DNA from: an uncultured Gammaproteobacteria bacterium
Lineage (GTDB): Bacteria; Pseudomonadota; Gammaproteobacteria; Steroidobacterales; Rariloculaceae
DNA length: 64,000 nucleotides
Reading direction: 5' to 3'
Assembly: GCA_963702105.1 (NCBI GenBank)
Contig: OY969712.1
Coordinates: 5,309,378 to 5,373,377, forward strand
This document shows positions 60,927-64,000 of the stretch, piece after piece. The notes beneath the pieces are model-generated. The model was given only the letters and a program-made list of their open reading frames with translations. It did no database searches and had not been told where the DNA came from. Position 1 is the first letter of the stretch. Every line of letters starts with the position of its first letter. The position numbers and the translations under genes were made by a program.

Positions 60927-61367
60927 ATGGCTGCATTCACGAGAAAACTGTTCGTTGCGGTCGCCGGTCCCACGCTCGTGCTTTGGGCGATGGTCGCGGC
61001 GGCTCATCATTCCGCGGCGCAGTTCGACTTCACGAAGCGCGTCACGATTCAAGGCGTCGTGAAGGAGTTCAACGTGGCCAATCCGCATACGGCGGCCGTC
61101 GTCACGGTTTCGGACTCGCAGGGCACTCGCGACGTCCGCTACGAAGGGCACAGCGCGAGTCACTTCTTCCGCGCCGGCTACACGCGCGACATGGTCCGCG
61201 CGGGCGACAAGATCGCGATCCTGATTGCGCCGCGCAAGGATGGCCGCGACGGCGGCTTCATCCAGGCCTTTACCGTCAACGGCCGTACGGTCGGCTTCGG
61301 CGGGCTCTCGCCGGTCACCGGCAAGCCGGTCGAGAACGGCAAAGGAGCCGGCCCCGGCGGCGATTGA
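60927..61367 (+). CDS. Small secreted protein, partner B copy 2 (DUF6152-like), mature N-terminus His-His
   Basis: ATG 60927 (SD gaggagag) is preferred over GTG 60906. The signal peptide ends AAA, followed by HHSAAQFD. Motifs EFNVANPHT, GDKIAI and KDGRDGGF parallel 47638..48027. Gly-rich C-terminal tail. Confidence 0.72.
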   Translation: MAAFTRKLFVAVAGPTLVLWAMVAAAHHSAAQFDFTKRVTIQGVVKEFNVANPHTAAVVTVSDSQGTRDVRYEGHSASHFFRAGYTRDMVRAGDKIAILIAPRKDGRDGGFIQAFTVNGRTVGFGGLSPVTGKPVENGKGAGPGGD

Positions 61368-61376
61368 GCTTGGGGT

Positions 61377-61404
61377 CCGAGGCCTCCGGCATCGGAGGCC
61401 TCGG
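61377..61404. terminator. Perfect 12-bp-stem hairpin (ccgaggcctccg-gcat-cggaggcctcgg) between convergent genes
   Basis: Read directly. There is no flanking T-tract, so intrinsic-terminator function is uncertain. Confidence 0.5.
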
Positions 61405-61505
61405 TCGCGGGGCGTCCGGCGAGCGCCATGGCCGCGGGACCGGCGGCGCGCGCTACGAGCGTTCTTGCTCTGCCCGCTCGGGCACGGTCATCGGCGCGCG
61501 GAGCG

Positions 61506-63164
61506 CTATGGCGCGGCGGCTGCGTCGTCGCGGGCGAGCAGCCGGCCGAGGATGCGCGCGAGCGCTCCGTCGCTCGGTGCCGTGGAGGCTCCCGCGCGCC
61601 AGGCGACGAATCCATCGGGACGCACGAGCACTGCCCCGCCCGCAGAGAGCCCGTAAGCCTCGAGAAACCGCCCCGCGACGTCTTCGAGACCGCCGGCTCC
61701 GCCGATCTGCCAGGCCTTTATCGGTATCGCGAGCGCGCGTGCGGCTGCAGCGGCGGCTTTGAGCCACGCGGCGCCCTCGGGCCCGGCGAGAACGACGAAG
61801 CCTCGGCCGAACAGATCGAGCGTCGAAATCGGCTCGCCGTCGCGTTTCAAAGCGAGATGAGGCGCGCGGCTGCCGGGCCGGCCGCGCAGCGTATCGGGAT
61901 GCACGAACAGCGGGTCGTCGGCGGCACCGTCGTCCGCGACCGTGGCCGAGCGGTACCGATAGCCGATCTCGATGGTGAGATCGTCTACGAGCGGCTTCGC
62001 GTTCTGCGTGCCCCGCTCGGGCACGACGCGCGTCGCGTAGCGCCCGTACGCCTGATGAATCGTGAACTCGCCGACGGGCCGGCGCTCTTCGCCGTAGGTC
62101 GCGAGCAGGCCCCGCCCGGCCTCGCCCTTCAAGACCATCGCGAGCTTCCAGGAGAGATTGTGCGCGTCCTGCACGCCGGTGTTGCCGCCGAAGCCGCCGT
62201 TCGGCGGCACGACGTGCGCGGCGTCGCCGGCGAGGAACACGCGGCCCTCGCCGTAGCGCGAAGCGACGTTGGCCTCCGCCTCCCAAGGGATGATCTGCCG
62301 CACGGTCACCGGCAGCTCCGGCACACCGATGGCCGCGCGCAGCAGCTCGAGCGCGCGCGTCTCCGTCATGCCCGTCGAGACTTCGACGGCCTCGTCTCGC
62401 GTGACGTCGGCGCCGACCGTATTGACCGCCAGAAAGCCCTTCTGGCCCGCCCGATTCAGGCGGAAGAAGCCGCGCAGCACGGGATTGGCGACGTAGAAGA
62501 CCCCGGAGTTCCGGCCCTGCAGCAGCGACGCGCAGTCCGCCTCGAAGTAGATCGTCACGCTCCTCGAGAGGAGACCGTAGCCGAGCATCTCGATGCCGAG
62601 GGCGCGGCGCACGCGGCTGCGGTTGCCGTCGGCCGCGACGAGGTACTCGGCCCTGACCATTCGTTCCTGACCTGTCGAAAGGTCGCGCAGGACCGCGCTC
62701 ACGCCTTCCGCGTCCTGCTCGAAGGAGGTCATCTCCGTCCGGTAACGCAGCGTCGCGCCGAGCTCCTCGGCCCGGCGTCTCAGCAGCGGCTCGAGCACGT
62801 CCTGGTCGATGAAGATGCGGCCTGTGGGGCTGCGGCCGTCCACGCCCTCGTTGAGATTGGCGATGAATCGCGCGAGCTCCTTGCCGGCCAGGGATTCGAC
62901 GGCGGTGATGCCGCCCTCGGGGTCGTAGGTCTCGCGTGACTTCTGCCGCACTTCGGGCTCGAGCCCGAGCTCGCGCAGAATCTCGACCGTGCGAATCTGG
63001 AAGTGTCCGGCGCGCGGGTGAATCGCGGTGCCGGCGTGCCGCTCTACCGCGAGCGACCGGATTCCGTGCGAGCCCAGGAGCGCCGCCGTGGTCAGCCCGA
63101 CGAGGCTGCCGCCGACGATAAGGACCGGCACTGACTCCGATCCGGGTTTTGGATGGGTTCCCAT
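61506..63164 (-). CDS. FAD-dependent aromatic-ring monooxygenase (PheA/TfdB-type, with C-terminal thioredoxin-like domain)
   Basis: 552-aa ORF. Dinucleotide fold VLIVGGSLVGLTTAALLGSHG. Motif FLAGDAAHVVPPNGGFGGNTGVQDAHNLSWKLA. Confidence 0.88.
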   Translation of the reverse strand: MGTHPKPGSESVPVLIVGGSLVGLTTAALLGSHGIRSLAVERHAGTAIHPRAGHFQIRTVEILRELGLEPEVRQKSRETYDPEGGITAVESLAGKELARFIANLNEGVDGRSPTGRIFIDQDVLEPLLRRRAEELGATLRYRTEMTSFEQDAEGVSAVLRDLSTGQERMVRAEYLVAADGNRSRVRRALGIEMLGYGLLSRSVTIYFEADCASLLQGRNSGVFYVANPVLRGFFRLNRAGQKGFLAVNTVGADVTRDEAVEVSTGMTETRALELLRAAIGVPELPVTVRQIIPWEAEANVASRYGEGRVFLAGDAAHVVPPNGGFGGNTGVQDAHNLSWKLAMVLKGEAGRGLLATYGEERRPVGEFTIHQAYGRYATRVVPERGTQNAKPLVDDLTIEIGYRYRSATVADDGAADDPLFVHPDTLRGRPGSRAPHLALKRDGEPISTLDLFGRGFVVLAGPEGAAWLKAAAAAARALAIPIKAWQIGGAGGLEDVAGRFLEAYGLSAGGAVLVRPDGFVAWRAGASTAPSDGALARILGRLLARDDAAAAP

Positions 63165-63313
63165 GCGTGCCGCTGTCTCCGGTGCTGCGAGGTTCGCGGC
63201 CGGGCCGCCGTCGCCTCGCTCATGCGCTTCCTCGGCGCCTGGCCTTTTGTGTTCGCGCGGACCTCTATACTACCGTCATCGACCGTCGGTCGGCCGGGAG
63301 GAGGGGAGGCTCG

Positions 63314-64000
63314 ATGATGCCATCGTTGCGGGCGGCGTGCGTGTGCGTCGCCATGAGCTTCTCGATTGCGCTGCCATGCGCGGCCCAGGCGCCAGGGCCG
63401 GCGCGCGCCGCCCCGCCCGCGGCCGCCGCCCCGCTCGAGCCGAATCCGAGCTGGCCGCTCTACCGCCATACCGGCGAGCAGTACCGCGTCTACGACTTTC
63501 CCGGCACGGGCGAAGCGATGCCCTATCGTCTGTTCGTGCCCGAAAGCTGGAAGCCCGGTCTGCATCTGCCCATGCTCGTCACGCTGCGCGCGGGAACGAG
63601 CGTCAACAACAATTATCGCGCGGGCAACGATCTCGTTCGCGTTGCGGCGCAGCGCGGCTACATCGTCGTCACGCCGCTCGGCTACCGCCCGTACCGCCAG
63701 CCCTACTACAACAGCCCGTATCCGATCGCGCGCGAGCCGAAGCCCACCGTGCCCGGCGAGGGGTGGACGCGCCAGGAGGACGAACGCGCAGAGCAGGACG
63801 TCATGAACGTCATCGGGCTCGTGACAGAGGAATACGGCGTCGACACTTCCCGCATCTACATCCACGGCCAGAACCCTTCGGCCTCGGGTGCGATGCACCT
63901 CATCGAAAAGTACCCGGACCGGTTTCGGGCGGCCGTGATCAGCTCGGGCCCGATCGTCACGGCGCATTACCCGTTCGCGAAGCTGCGCGGCAAGGTGGCG
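63314..64000 (+). CDS. Secreted alpha/beta-hydrolase-like protein (esterase/depolymerase-like), 3'-truncated by the window end
   Basis: ATG 63314 with SD ggaggagggg. Signal peptide AACVCVAMSFSIALPCAAQA. Pattern PMLVTLRAG, GYIVVTPLGY, RIYIHGQNPSASGAMHL. The nucleophile elbow is non-canonical. The frame is open to position 64000. Confidence 0.5.
   Translation, partial: MMPSLRAACVCVAMSFSIALPCAAQAPGPARAAPPAAAAPLEPNPSWPLYRHTGEQYRVYDFPGTGEAMPYRLFVPESWKPGLHLPMLVTLRAGTSVNNNYRAGNDLVRVAAQRGYIVVTPLGYRPYRQPYYNSPYPIAREPKPTVPGEGWTRQEDERAEQDVMNVIGLVTEEYGVDTSRIYIHGQNPSASGAMHLIEKYPDRFRAAVISSGPIVTAHYPFAKLRGKVA

Noticed and set aside
1-64000. Genomic island or mobile element signature
   Set aside because: There are no integrase, transposase, tRNA attachment site, or flanking direct repeats. 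No block of deviating composition is visible apart from short AT-richer promoter regions.

Overview
This is a 64-kb, very GC-rich chromosomal segment (by eye about two-thirds G+C, not computed). It comes from a diderm bacterium: it has a TonB-dependent receptor, a beta-barrel OMP and periplasmic quinoprotein/Sec-signal proteins. The taxon cannot be fixed without marker genes. I support about 51 protein-coding genes at high density, two of them broken by single-base frameshifts. I found no rRNA, tRNA, CRISPR array, transposase, integrase or prophage genes. The six-frame track is dominated by long Arg/Ala/Gly/Pro-rich shadow ORFs typical of high-GC DNA. I chose genes by recognisable family motifs, signal peptides, Shine-Dalgarno or ATGA couplings and GC3-rich codons. 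Content: PAS and hybrid histidine kinases; envelope glycosylation genes (GT1, GT2 plus GT-C); a Cdc48/p97-type AAA+ ATPase; a PQQ dehydrogenase; an accessory UvrD-family helicase; S46 and S9 peptidases; a dense set of secreted lactonase/esterase/tannase/MBL hydrolases; and a LacI-controlled GH13_18 phosphorylase operon with two identical palindromic operators. Most interesting observations: (1) a stand-alone 88-aa ORF carrying the GyrA/ParC signature PDVRDGL, downstream of a membrane-anchored wHTH gene; (2) a tightly coupled four-gene operon (serine-palmitoyltransferase-like synthase, GNAT acyltransferase, SDR reductase, Aur1-like PAP2 protein) that looks like a bacterial ceramide/phosphosphingolipid pathway; (3) a two-gene secreted module of unknown function present twice, whose small member starts with His-His right after the predicted signal-peptidase site; (4) a 27-nt palindromic terminator element repeated exactly at two convergent gene junctions; (5) two adjacent genes each disrupted by one extra nucleotide. 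All functional calls rest on motif recognition by eye. No database search was run.
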